A DNA stretch of 33,856 nt from Octopus bimaculoides (Eukaryota). The stretch is from NCBI RefSeq assembly GCF_001194135.2, contig NC_069008.1:3780130-3813985 (forward strand). Reading direction: 5' to 3'. The translations under genes were made by a program, and so were the position numbers. A model generated the notes under the pieces. The model was not told where the DNA came from. It did no database searches and saw only the letters and a program-made list of their open reading frames with translations. This document shows, in pieces, positions 21,602-33,043 of this stretch. Every line of letters begins with the position of its first letter. Position 1 is the first letter of the stretch.

Positions 21602-22029
21602 CTGAAATTTTTTTTAAATGAAAGACTTGAGAAATTTGCAAAACAAACAATATTTCAATACAGATATATATATATGAAACGCCGGTGTTAAAATGGGGGT
21701 AGCTGATGAAGGAAAATGTTCTCTATGTGGCCTGTGTGTTTTCTGTACTCTGGTTATTATTATTTTCTTGTCTACGTTTTGTTTGCAATGTCCTGTACCC
21801 AGATATGCACCTATATATACAGGTACACGTAGGTATGCACATACCTGTACGTATATATGCATATACTCATTTATTATTTGTTTTATATATATATCAGAGT
21901 TAACAAGAGAAACAGAGATAGACAGAAACAAGGAAAATGCCCCTGTTATTTGAATAATATACAAATATGTTTTTAAAAAGACTTTCCATTTAAATTTGCC
22001 GGGGTAGAGGGAGACCCAGGAGACATGAG

Positions 22030-22519
22030 ATGAGGTGGTCAAGCATGACCTTTGAACGTTGGGCCTCACAACCTACACCAGTGTTGCATAACCAGCCCAC
22101 TCAAAAGTACCTTGGATTGTAGGGCGATATTCCATGCTTGAGGAGACCTACTGAGTCAAGTACATCAACATCAGCGATATCAAAATCGAATCAAATGGAA
22201 ATTGTAGTTGTGACCCCCGTGCCGGTAGCATGTAAAAAGCACCATCCGAATGTGGCCGATGCCAGTGCCGCTTTGACTGGCTTCCGTACCAGTGACACGT
22301 AAAAAGCACCATCTGATTGTGGTCGATGCCAGCTCCTCTGGCCCCTGTGCCGGTGGCACGTAAAAAGCACCCACTACACTCTCGAAGTGGTTGACATTAG
22401 GAAGGGCATCCAGCTGTAGAAACACTTCCAGATCAGATTGGAGCCTGGTACAGCCTCCGGCTTCCCAGACCCCAGTCGAACCATCCAACCCATGTCAGCA
22501 TGGAAAACAGACATTAAAC

Positions 22520-22550
<31 letters not shown>
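22030..22550 (+). mobile_element. Family B element with longer 5' part and internal modules
   Basis: Three gtgccggtggca.gtaaaaagcacc modules, the standard tail and (GAT)n. Confidence 0.8.
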
Positions 22551-22551
<1 letters not shown>

Positions 22552-22984
22552 CAAACTAATCTGAATGCTAAAGGATTAAATCGTAACCAAGACATAATGT
22601 CTACTTGAATTAACAAGTGGCTGAGTATTCCAGACATCAACTTTGTGTGACAAAACTGACCCATCAAGTCCTCAGTATGATCCTCACTCTGCCATACCTA
22701 AAGATATATGTATGTACTCACACCTATATGTGGGACACAAACTATTTCCTTTCTGCTCAAACTAATTAACTCTTTTGTGACTTTTTTTTTTTTTTTTTAA
22801 CGAGCAGACCACTTGTATGTTTTAATTAATTTTCTAAATGATCAAGATTTTGAAAGAGGTGATTGATAAAATATCTGTAAGCAACGCCAACACTAAATAC
22901 TACACAGACACAACCACACAATCGCTAAAGGGGATACACATACACACACATTTAACTGTGTAATAGTTCTATCTTTTGTGCATG

Positions 22985-23391
22985 TGTGAGAGAGAGAGAA
23001 AGAGGTAGAAAAGAGAGAGAGGTAGGAGAGAGAGAGAGAGAGAGAGAGAGGGAGAAAACCAAGAGAGAGAGAGAGAGGTAAGAAACAATGAGAAGTGAGA
23101 GCCAAAAGAGAAAGAGGGAGATTTAGAAGAAGAGGAGAGGTGACAGAAGGTGTAATAAAGGTATGTGTAAGGAGAGATAGGGAGAAAGTGGAGACAGAAT
23201 GACCAAGAAAGAAAGAGACCAAAGTAGAAAAGGTAAGAGAGAGAGAGAGAAAGAGAGAGAGAGCAGAGAGAGAAAGAGAGAGAGAGCAGAGAGAGAGAGA
23301 GAGAGAGCAGAGAGAGAGAAAGAGAGAGAGCAGAGAGAGAGCAGAGAGAGAGAAAGAGAGAGCGCAGAGAGAGAGAAAGAGAGAGAGCAGA

Positions 23392-23422
<31 letters not shown>

Positions 23423-23627
23423 CAGAGAGAGAGAAAGAGAGAGAGCAGAGAGAGAGAAAGAGAGAGAGAGAGAGCAAAGAGACAGAATATACAAGAGACA
23501 AAGAGAAACAGAGGTAGACATAGGGAAAGAGAGAAACTCAGACCAAAATGAAAATTTGTGTTGGGGGGTGGAGATGAAGGACAGATTGATAGACAGAGGG
23601 AGGGAGGGAGGGAGAGAAAGAGAAATT

Positions 23628-23671
<44 letters not shown>

Positions 23672-23672
23672 C
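22985..23672. repeat. Long polypurine compound (GA)n tract with GAGAGCA and GAGAAA variants
   Basis: Direct reading; it is the source of the RE-rich and SL-rich spurious ORFs. Confidence 0.9.
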
Positions 23673-24372
23673 TATGCAACAAACTAAATTCTCNNNNNNN
23701 NNNNNNNNNNNNNNNNNNNNNNNNNNNNNNNNNNNNNNNNNNNNNNNNNNNNNNNNNNNNNNNNNNNNNNNNNNNNNNNNNNNNNNNNNNNNNNNNNNNN
23801 NNNNNNNNNNNNNNNNNNNNTCCCCCCCCCCCACACCCACAAGACAATAAAAACAACAGCAACAACAACAACAACAATACCATCACTGTCGCCACCACCA
23901 CCACCAATACTATTACCAACAATAACATTATTGCCAATCCCAAGAGTAATATTACCTGCCACTAACACCAGCAGCCACTGCCAACACCACTAACACCATC
24001 AATGGTAACATTACTGCTACCAACCCTACCATCACCACCCATCATCATTCCTCCCACACCCCTCATACAACTATACAGACCTAAAAACTAACCCCCCACC
24101 CCAATAGATAGCCACACTATCGCGGCTACCCTGGAGTTAATGGACTGAAATTTCCTTCATTGATGAAACTAGATAGGTAAACTGATCGACTGATAGTGGC
24201 TACAAACCCCAGGTGCTGCAACCAGTAAGCCCTCAACTGTGCCCGAGGTTTGTTAATAGTGTACTAGTGTACCTCGCAAAAAATCGGTATTAAAAACAGT
24301 GTCAAGTAATACAGACACCACCCCACGGGGTAATGTTACTTGGTAGAGCAAATTTGGTGATATTAAGTTTCC

Positions 24373-25073
24373 TATTTCTTTACTGCCCACAAGGGGCTAA
24401 ACATAGAGGGGACAAACAAGGACAGACAAAGAGATTAAGTCGATTACATCGACTCCAGTGCGTAACTGGTACTTAATTTAATCGACCCCGAAAGGATGAA
24501 CGACAAAGTCAACCTTGACGGAATTTGAACTCAGAACATAGCGGCAGACAAAATACTGCTAAGCATTTCGTCCGGCGTGCTAACGTTTCTTATTTCTTTA
24601 TTGCCCACAGGGGGGCCTAAACATAGAGGGGACAAACAAGGACAGACAAAGAGATTAAGTCGATTACATCGACCCCAGTGCGTAACTGGTACTTAATTTA
24701 TCGACCCGGAAAAGATGAAAGGCAAAGTCGACCTCGGAGGAATTTGAACTCAGAACGTAAAGACAGACGAAATACCACTAGGCATTTCGTCCAGGATGCT
24801 AACGTTTCTGCCAGCTCCCCGCCTTTAAACTAGAAAATATTTATTTCTTTATTGCCCAGAAGGGGCGAAACATAGAGGGGACAAACAAGGACAGACAAAG
24901 GGATTAAGTCGATTACATCGACTCCAGTGCTTAACTGGTACTTAATTTAATCGACCCCGAAAGGATGAAAGGCAAAGTCGACCTCGGCGGAATTTGAACT
25001 CAGAACGTAGCGGCAGACAAAATACCGCTAAGCATTTCGCCAGGTGTGCTCACAACTCTGCCAGTTCACTACC
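24373..25073 (-). mobile_element. Three head-to-tail copies of SINE family C (starts at 24373, 24591, 24842)
   Basis: The unit tatttcttta.tgccca...gaatttgaactcagaac...gctaacgtttct occurs three times. Its reverse complement carries a B-box-like gagttcaaattcc. Confidence 0.9.
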
Positions 25074-25214
25074 TTTGATGTTTGATCGCCGCCTGGTGCT
25101 GTTAAGTTTCCACGAGTTTCCATGGTGAGCTTTGCGTTGATTGTAGTACATTAGGGGTGCCTACACAGTGCACTGTGGAACACTGTTGTACTGCAAGGGA
25201 TATTTAGGTGCACC

Positions 25215-25845
25215 AAGATGCAGGAACAGCTGGCAGGGTCGTTAAGAACCTTGTTTCATAATCATGTGGTTTTGAGTTCAATCCAATTGTACAGTATCTT
25301 GAGTACAGTATCGTCTATCACCTTGGGCCAACCAATACCATGTGAGAGAATTTGGTGGAGAGAAACTGCAGGGAATCCCCATCGTGTGTGTGTGTGTGTG
25401 TGTGCATGCAGTATTATCTATGTTTTACTTGTTTTAATCATTAGACATGTTTGTAACTGTCACAACATGCTGAAATACATATGATGGGCTAGGCTTCTTC
25501 GCATTTTCATTATACCAAATTCATTCAAAAAGCATTGATTGGCCCAGGGCTATACTAGAAGACACTTGCCCAAGGTGGGTGCCACAGAGCAAGACTTAGC
25601 CTGAAACCATGTGGTCAGTAGTGAAGTGAACTTCTAGATTGCACAACCAGGCTTGCCCACATGTTGACAAACCTAACTTGCTGACAGGCTTCTACACAGT
25701 TTCTATCAATCCAATCCTATTTACAAGGCCTGGGTTGACCTGAGGCCTATGGTAAAAGACACTTGACCCAAGATGTCAGCTACACAGTGTGATCGAAACT
25801 GGAGCGCTGTGATTGCAAAACAATCCTCTTAACAGCGCAGCCCAA
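25215..25845. mobile_element. Cluster of degenerate family A heads: one on + (25215..25410), two on - (25490..25660, 25680..25845)
   Basis: Similar to 7423..7620 in both orientations. Confidence 0.55.
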
Positions 25846-26730
25846 GCCAGTAGATGATAAAACCCACCAGGACATGGTTTTCCATTTTTTAAAGAGGGGG
25901 AGGGTGAGTGAGGGTAATGTCCCTGAAAATTCTGAGTTCAAATCTTGCCCAGATCCCATGTTTGCCTACTGTCCNNNNNNNNNNNNNNNNNNNNNNNNNN
26001 NNNNNNNNNNNNNNNNNNNNNNNNNNNNNNNNNNNNNNNNNNNNNNNNNNNNNNNNNNNNNNNNNNNNNNNNNNNNNNNNNNNNNNNNNNNNNNNNNNNN
26101 NNNNNNNNNNNNNNNNNNNNNNNNNNNNNNNNNNNNNNNNNNNNNNNNNNNNNNNNNNNNNNNNNNNNNNNNNNNNNNNNNNNNNNNNNNNNNNNNNNNN
26201 NNNNNNNNNNNNNNNNNNNNNNNNNNNNNNNNNNNNNNNNNNNNNNNNNNNNNNNNNNNNNNNNNNNNNNNNNNNNNNNNNNNNNNNNNNNNNNNNNNNN
26301 NNNNNNNNNNNNNNNNNNNNNNNNNNNNNNNNNNNNNNNNNNNNNNNNNNNNNNNNNNNNNNNNNNNNNNNNNNNNNNNNNNNNNNNNNNNNNNNNNNNN
26401 NNNNNNNNNNNNNNNNNNNNNNNNNNNNNNNNNNNNNNNNNNNNNNNNNNNNNNNNNNNNNNNNNNNNNNNNNNNNNNNNNNNNNNNNNNNNNNNNNNNN
26501 NNNNNNNNNNNNNNNNNNNNNNNNNNNNNNNNNNNNNNNNNNNNNNNNNNNNNNNNNNNNNNNNNNNNNNNNNNNNNNNNNNNNNNNNNNNNNNNNNNNN
26601 NNNNNNNNNNNNNNNNNNNNNNNNNNNNNNNNNNNNNNNNNNNNNNNNNNNNNNNNNNNNNNNNNNNNNNNNNNNNNNNNNNNNNNNNNNNNNNNNNNNN
26701 NNNNNNNNNNNNNNNNNNNNNNNNNNNNNN

Positions 26731-27215
26731 CCCCAGTATTTATTGTCGATCTCTTGGTCAAACTACCGAGTTACAGGGACAGAAACAAACCAGCATTGGT
26801 GGGGAACAAACACCACACACACACACACACACACACAAAAGGCTGATTTCAGTCTGTCTACAAAATCCACTCACAAGGCTTTAACTACCCATGGGCTATG
26901 ACAGAAGACACTTGCTCAAGGTGCCATACAGTGGGAATGAACTTAAGACCCCATGGGTAGGAAGCAAGCTTGTTAACCACATAGCGATGCCTGAAAAATC
27001 GATGCGAGAACATAGATGTGACTACTTGACATTCTAAAAATAACAGCCAAATTCCTGTTGAATAACACTTTTGTGTCATCTATGTATTTATGTGTGCATC
27101 AAAACAATGATATATATATTTCTTTTTTATTCTATTCTTTTTCTTTTTATGTGTTTCAGTTATTTGACTGTGGCCATGCTGGAGCACCGCCTTTAAATCG
27201 ACCTCAGGACTTATT
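26731..27215 (-). mobile_element. Family A fragments (26731..26990, 27145..27215)
   Basis: Similar to 9010..9335 and 7423..7620. Confidence 0.65.
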
Positions 27216-27489
27216 CTACTGTGGTGCAAGCATGTAGGTCAGATCGTTATTTTAAGGGTACCTCGGAGGCCCTGGTTCAGTATAAAATTAAATATTGGCA
27301 TAACTTCAATTCCACTAGATTTGGTAATGTTGGTGTCACTCACCAAACTTCGTTTGGTTAATCATGGTGCTTAGCTTTACAATTCTGCCAAGTGGCTACA
27401 CATTTTCCACATTAGGCTAGCTCAATTGCAGGAGGTGTTGGTTTAGATGTCTACCTCCCAAGCAAGGACAAACTGAGGTTCAAATACAA

Positions 27490-28340
27490 CCCATGGTAAC
27501 TCATTTTTGCCAGCTGAGTGGACCTGAGCAACAAGAAATGAAGTCCTTTTTGCGGATCTATTTTAAAACGGGGGCGCCAGTTTTCATTTATGTTTTATGT
27601 AGCGTTTTTGGTACCGAAAGACTTTCAAACTTCGTATACTTATCTATTCTGTGTTATAGAACAGAAAAATATTTTTGTATTCGAAGTTATTTCATGTAAA
27701 AAATTGTCTTATTTCGATAATTTCTACTAATCACTGACGTCTATTCAGTTGAAAACAGTTAGTGCTGTAACGGTGTATATCATATTAATCCCCTAACCCT
27801 AACCCTAACNNNNNNNNNNNNNNNNNNNNNNNNNNNNNNNNNNNNNNNNNNNNNNNNNNNNNNNNNNNNNNNNNNNNNNNNNNNNNNNNNNNNNNNNNNN
27901 NNNNNNNNNNNNNNNNNNNNNNNNNNNNNNNNNNNNNNNNNNNNNNNNNNNNNNNNNNNNNNNNNNNNNNNNNNNNNNNNNNNNNNGATGAAATATGTCA
28001 CAGGGAATAACATTTTTATGACCGCCCAGCAGTAAGTCTATTGAGCTGAATAGACGTCAGTGATTGGTTGAAATTACAGAAATACGACAACTTTAACATG
28101 GAATAACTTGCGATGTATGTTTTTTTGTTAAGAAGACTAAGAATAAAAGATGTTTTATATGACACATTCTACCAGTGTCCCAAGTTTCAAAGTGTTTCGT
28201 TAAGAAAATACTGGTGCCCCCGTTTTGAAATAGATCCCTTTTTGCTCAAGAACACAAATCATTGACTGGTCCAGGAATAGAAACCGCAATCTTATGATTA
28301 TGAGTCCAACACCCTAACCACTAAGCCACGTGCCTCCACA
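27490..28340 (-). mobile_element. Family F SINE (host), split by the 27554..28237 transposon
   Basis: Removing the insert and one TSD copy restores cagctgagtggac..gagcaac..gaaatgaagt..ttttgctcaagaacac...ccactaagcca, which is colinear with the intact copy at 31530..31665. Confidence 0.85.
27554..28237. mobile_element. Non-autonomous DNA transposon with long imperfect TIRs, 8-bp TSD (CTTTTTGC) and internal (CCCTAA)n
   Basis: ctttttgc|GGATCTATTTTAAAACGGGGGCGCCAG ... CTGGTGCCCCCGTTTTGAAATAGATCC|ctttttgc, with the TSD at 27546..27553 and 28238..28245. An inner inverted match lies at 27729..27750 and 28044..28065. Confidence 0.88.
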
Positions 28341-28453
28341 GGAAAAAAAACCTTTACTTCCAGAGAGCAGCAGTTTGGTGTTATATGGTGTGGTGTGTTA
28401 CAAGACTTACTTTTTGTCAGAGTGTCCTCGGTTGGAAAACACATAAAGTCATG

Positions 28454-28489
<36 letters not shown>

Positions 28490-28761
28490 AAACAAAAGAA
28501 CTTTTTGTCTACTCTAAACGCTGGCAATTATTTTGGTTCGTGGGGAAGGAGTGGAGTTAGAAGAAAGAGGGGAGGATACTTAAGATAACCAGGAGAAGGG
28601 ATTAGTCTGTAGTAAGTGGTGGTACTCCAACTGGCTACTGTCAGTCTGTGCAGCGGCGGTGGTGGCGGGGGGGACAGAAAGCATGGCATTACAAATATGC
28701 CAAATAGTGTCCTAACATACCTGCAGCCCAGCTTTTAGAGTAACTGTTTTATTACTATTGA

Positions 28762-28970
28762 AGCAGCAAACTGGTAGGATCGTTGTTAGCATGCTGGACA
28801 AAGTCCCCAGCAGCATTTTGTCCATCGTTGCGTTCCGAGTTCAAATTCCACCATGGTCAACTTAACCTTTCATCCTTTCTGGGATTGATAAAATAAATAC
28901 CAGTTGAATACTGGGATCAACATAATTGACTGGCCCTCAAATTTCAGACCTTCTGCCAGTAGTAGAAACG

Positions 28971-29000
<30 letters not shown>
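28762..29000 (+). mobile_element. Family C SINE with (ATT)n tail
   Basis: gttccgagttcaaattccacc...ctttcatcctttctggga..gataaaataaataccag matches the reverse of the 24373 unit. Confidence 0.75.
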
Positions 29001-29001
<1 letters not shown>

Positions 29002-29405
29002 GAAATTGAAATCGTAATTGAACCATATTCGATGACTGGCACCTGTGCCAGTGGAGCGCTAACAGCACCGTCCGAGCGTGATCATTACCAGAGCAGCTGT
29101 CTGGCTTCCATGCCAGTAGCACGTAAATAGCAGCATTTGAACAGGATCGTTACCAGCCTTGCCTTACTGGCACTTGTGCCAGTGGCATGTGAAAAAAAAA
29201 AACATTCGAGCGAGGTCGTCGTCAGTGCCGCTGGACTGGCTCCTATGCAAGTGGCACATAAAAAACACCATTTTGAGCGTGGCCGTTGCCAGTGCCGCCT
29301 GCCTGGCTCCCGTGCCAGTGCCACATAAAAAGCACCCACTACACTCTCGGAGTGGTTGGCGTTAGGAAGGGCACCCAGCTGTAGAAACTCTGCCAGATCA
29401 GATTG
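29001..29405 (+). mobile_element. Family B element with internal modules, 3'-truncated
   Basis: Colinear with 12915..13320. Confidence 0.8.
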
Positions 29406-29519
29406 GACTGGCTCTATGGATTCACCAAGGATCTTGAAGCACATGCCTCAAGTATTTCTCTAAGACTTCTTTGCACAGGAGCCAAGAATATATAAATACA
29501 TAACAAAATAGTAAATAGT

Positions 29520-29669
29520 AACCCCCAGTACTTGACTGGTACTTAATTTTTTGACCCCGAAAGGATAAAGGCAAAGTTGACCTCAGCGGAATTTGAACTC
29601 AGAACATAGTGGCAGATGAAATACCGCTAAGCATTTTGCCTGGCATGCTAATGATTCTGCCAGCTTGCC

Positions 29670-29714
<45 letters not shown>

Positions 29715-29810
29715 TTCAAATTTTGCCACAAGGGTAGCAATTTGGGGGGGGGGAAGGGCTAAGTTGATTACATCAGTCTCACTGGTCAACAGGTACTTTA
29801 TTTTATCAAG
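29520..29810 (-). mobile_element. Two family C fragments joined through an (AAT)n tract
   Basis: 29520..29670 matches the 24373 unit; 29714..29810 is the tail of another copy. Confidence 0.75.
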
Positions 29811-29818
29811 TACATAAG

Positions 29819-29865
<47 letters not shown>

Positions 29866-31142
29866 TAATACATGCTTGTGCAATGGTTGTCAATTAGCAT
29901 CTGGATACAAGTACTTCCTGAAAAGTTGTACATTTCTTGTATGTTACTATGGAAACCTGCAAAGAGAGGACAACCCCTAGCTAACAGGTTGCCTACCAGC
30001 TCCAGAACTACCCAAGCTTTGTGTTGCACCACCATTTCTAGTTCTTAACAGGTGAGCAGTGCCACCCCTAGAAAACACTGCCCTCTCTCTCTCTCTCTAT
30101 TACTATAGGTTGGAACAGAAGTCACCAATATTCCAAGCCACCTGTGTGCAGGTTTACAATTATATACAACCAATTGGTCAAGCCTGTAAGCTTAGCTACT
30201 CCATATCATTGCTGGACTTTTCCTAACCAAGAAACTCATGTGTTTTCCAAGGTTTTTTTTTTATGCATGAAAGTTTTTTTGTTTTTTTTTTATGCCCAAG
30301 GAGACTTGCAGTGATTATTGAACCTGGAACAACATAATTTTAAAGCAAACTTCTTAGCCACACAACCATGCCTATGTTGTACNNNNNNNNNNNNNNNNNN
30401 NNNNNNNNNNNNNNNNNNNNNNNNNNNNNNNNNNNNNNNNNNNNNNNNNNNNNNNNNNNNNNNNNNNNNNNNNNNNNNNNNNNNNNNNNNNNNNNNNNNN
30501 NNNNNNNNNNNNNNNNNNNNNNNNNNNNNNNNNNNNNNNNNNNNNNNNNNNNNNNNNNNNNNNNNNNNNNNNNNNNNNNNNNNNNNNNNNNNNNNNNNNN
30601 NNNNNNNNNNNNNNNNNNNNNNNNNNNNNNNNNNNNNNNNNNNNNNNNNNNNNNNNNNNNNNNNNNNNNNNNNNNNNNNNNNNNNNNNNNNNNNNNNNNN
30701 NNNNNNNNNNNNNNNNNNNNNNNNNNNNNNNNNNNNNNNNNNNNNNNNNNNNNNNNNNNNNNNNNNNNNNNNNNNNNNNNNNNNNNNNNNNNNNNNNNNN
30801 NNNNNNNNNNNNNNNNNNNNNNNNNNNNNNNNNNNNNNNNNNNNNNNNNNNNNNNNNNNNNNNNNNNNNNNNNNNNNNNNNNNNNNNNNNNNNNNNNNNN
30901 NNNNNNNNNNNNNNNNNNNNNNNNNNNNNNNNNNNNNNNNNNNNNNNNNNNNNNNNNNNNNNNNNNNNNNNNNNNNNNNNNNNNNNNNNNNNNNNNNNNN
31001 NNNNNNNNNNNNNNNNNNNNNNNNNNNNNNNNNNNNNNNNNNNNNNNNNNNNNNNNNNNNNNNNNNNNNNNNNNNNNNNNNNNNNNNNNNNNNNNNNNNN
31101 NNNNNNNNNNNNNNNNNNNNNNNNNNNNNNNNNNNNNNNNNN

Positions 31143-31395
31143 TATATATATATATATATATGTGTGTATGTGTATATGTTTGTGTGTCTGTGTTTGTCCC
31201 CCCAGCATCGCTTGACAACCGATGCTGGTGTGTTTATGTCCCTGTAACTTAGCGGTTCAGCAAAAGAGAGTCCGATAGAATAAGTACTAGGCTTCCAAAG
31301 AATAAGTCCTGGGGTCGATTTGCTCGACTAAAAAAGGCGGTGCTCCAGCATGGCCGCAGTCAAATGACTGAAACAAGTAAAAGCGTAAAGAGTAA
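31143..31395 (+). mobile_element. SINE family A copy
   Basis: Near-colinear with 558..826. Confidence 0.85.
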
Positions 31396-31439
31396 ATAAG
31401 TATTACATTTAACAGAGTAATCTGAATGCTGAAGGGTCA

Positions 31440-31670
31440 ACGAGTACAGGGCTGGTTTGCTGGATTCTCTAGCGTATATATACTCCTCCCTGGAGGAGAT
31501 GCTAGTCTGTTGCAGTGTTACTCACTTTTAGCAGCTGAGTGGACTGGAGCAACATGAAATGAAGTGTTTTGCTCAAGAACACAACACACACCCTGGTCTG
31601 AGAATCGAAACCACAATCTTATGATCTTGAGTCCAACAACCTTAACCACTAAGCCATGCACCTCCATCAT
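31440..31670 (-). mobile_element. Family F SINE, uninterrupted copy
   Basis: The reverse complement has tggcttagtggttaagg...gtttcgattctc (A and B boxes) and the family F body. Confidence 0.75.
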
Positions 31671-32920
31671 ACCACTTATGAAGTAATTAATAATTGGTTA
31701 ACCCAAAGCCATAGCAGAAGAGACTTGCTTAAGGTGTCACACAGTGGGATGAGACCTGGAACCATTTAGCAGCAAACCAGTCAACTTCTTTGATTACACA
31801 ACCAAGTTAATTTAGCAGCTATTTCTAGCAGGCTGTGTGACCACACAGAGGTTCTGTTGTTGACTCATATGTAAGTAGTGAAGTTAGTGGATATTATTAA
31901 ATTTAGTATTAGCAACAAGATGACTGAGTGAGTGTATAAGACAGAAATAACTGCTACGTACAAGTGTGTGTGTGTGTGTGTTTGTTTGTATGAGTGTGTG
32001 GAGAGGAGGGGGATATGTGGTGTAATCTGTAATGGCTTTGACATGTGGTATGAATGTATGAATGAAACCAGATGGTTAGAACTATGACAAGAGCTGGTGG
32101 TTGGTGGTGGTGGTGGCAGCGGCGGAGGTGACAGAGGAGGTAAAGGAACCAAGAATAGTGAGTGATGTAATCTAAGNNNNNNNNNNNNNNNNNNNNNNNN
32201 NNNNNNNNNNNNNNNNNNNNNNNNNNNNNNNNNNNNNNNNNNNNNNNNNNNNNNNNNNNNNNNNNNNNNNNNNNNNNNNNNNNNNNNNNNNNNNNNNNNN
32301 NNNNNNNNNNNNNNNNNNNNNNNNNNNNNNNNNNNNNNNNNNNNNNNNNNNNNNNNNNNNNNNNNNNNNNNNNNNNNNNNNNNNNNNNNNNNNNNNNNNN
32401 NNNNNNNNNNNNNNNNNNNNNNNNNNNNNNNNNNNNNNNNNNNNNNNNNNNNNNNNNNNNNNNNNNNNNNNNNNNNNNNNNNNNNNNNNNNNNNNNNNNN
32501 NNNNNNNNNNNNNNNNNNNNNNNNNNNNNNNNNNNNNNNNNNNNNNNNNNNNNNNNNNNNNNNNNNNNNNNNNNNNNNNNNNNNNNNNNNNNNNNNNNNN
32601 NNNNNNNNNNNNNNNNNNNNNNNNNNNNNNNNNNNNNNNNNNNNNNNNNNNNNNNNNNNNNNNNNNNNNNNNNNNNNNNNNNNNNNNNNNNNNNNNNNNN
32701 NNNNNNNNNNNNNNNNNNNNNNNNNNNNNNNNNNNNNNNNNNNNNNNNNNNNNNNNNNNNNNNNNNNNNNNNNNNNNNNNNNNNNNNNNNNNNNNNNNNN
32801 NNNNNNNNNNNNNNNNNNNNNNNNNNNNNNNNNNNNNNNNNNNNNNNNNNNNNNNNNNNNNNNNNNNNNNNNNNNNNNNNNNNNNNNNNNNNNNNNNNNN
32901 NNNNNNNNNNNNNNNNNNNN

Positions 32921-32935
32921 AAAGGATTATTATTA

Positions 32936-33014
<79 letters not shown>

Positions 33015-33043
33015 CATTATTATTATTATTATTATTATTATTA
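32921..33043. repeat. (ATT)n/(ATC) microsatellite
   Basis: Direct reading. Confidence 0.95.

Noticed and set aside
22893-23943. RE-rich and SL-rich ORFs resembling low-complexity splicing-factor domains
   Set aside because: They are direct translations of the (GA)n tract, with no unique coding sequence or splice support.
25164-25177. 14-bp perfect palindrome CACAGTGCACTGTG
   Set aside because: One such palindrome in about 28 kb is not far from chance, and it has no supporting context.
27791-27809. True telomere or chromosome fusion site
   Set aside because: Only three visible units, located inside a TIR element with a TSD in a gene intron.
28715-28745. Minus-strand GGCTGCAG|GTATGT resembling the end of the P-box exon (EGCK|G)
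   Set aside because: It lacks the AAG lysine codon, the upstream sequence does not encode CGDKSSGVHYG, and there is no good acceptor.
29951-29970. Strong minus-strand acceptor tcctctctttgcag|gtttcc as a hidden exon or recursive splice site
   Set aside because: The following GT is a poor donor, the phase-0 frame closes after 29 codons with no homology, and no downstream donor was found.
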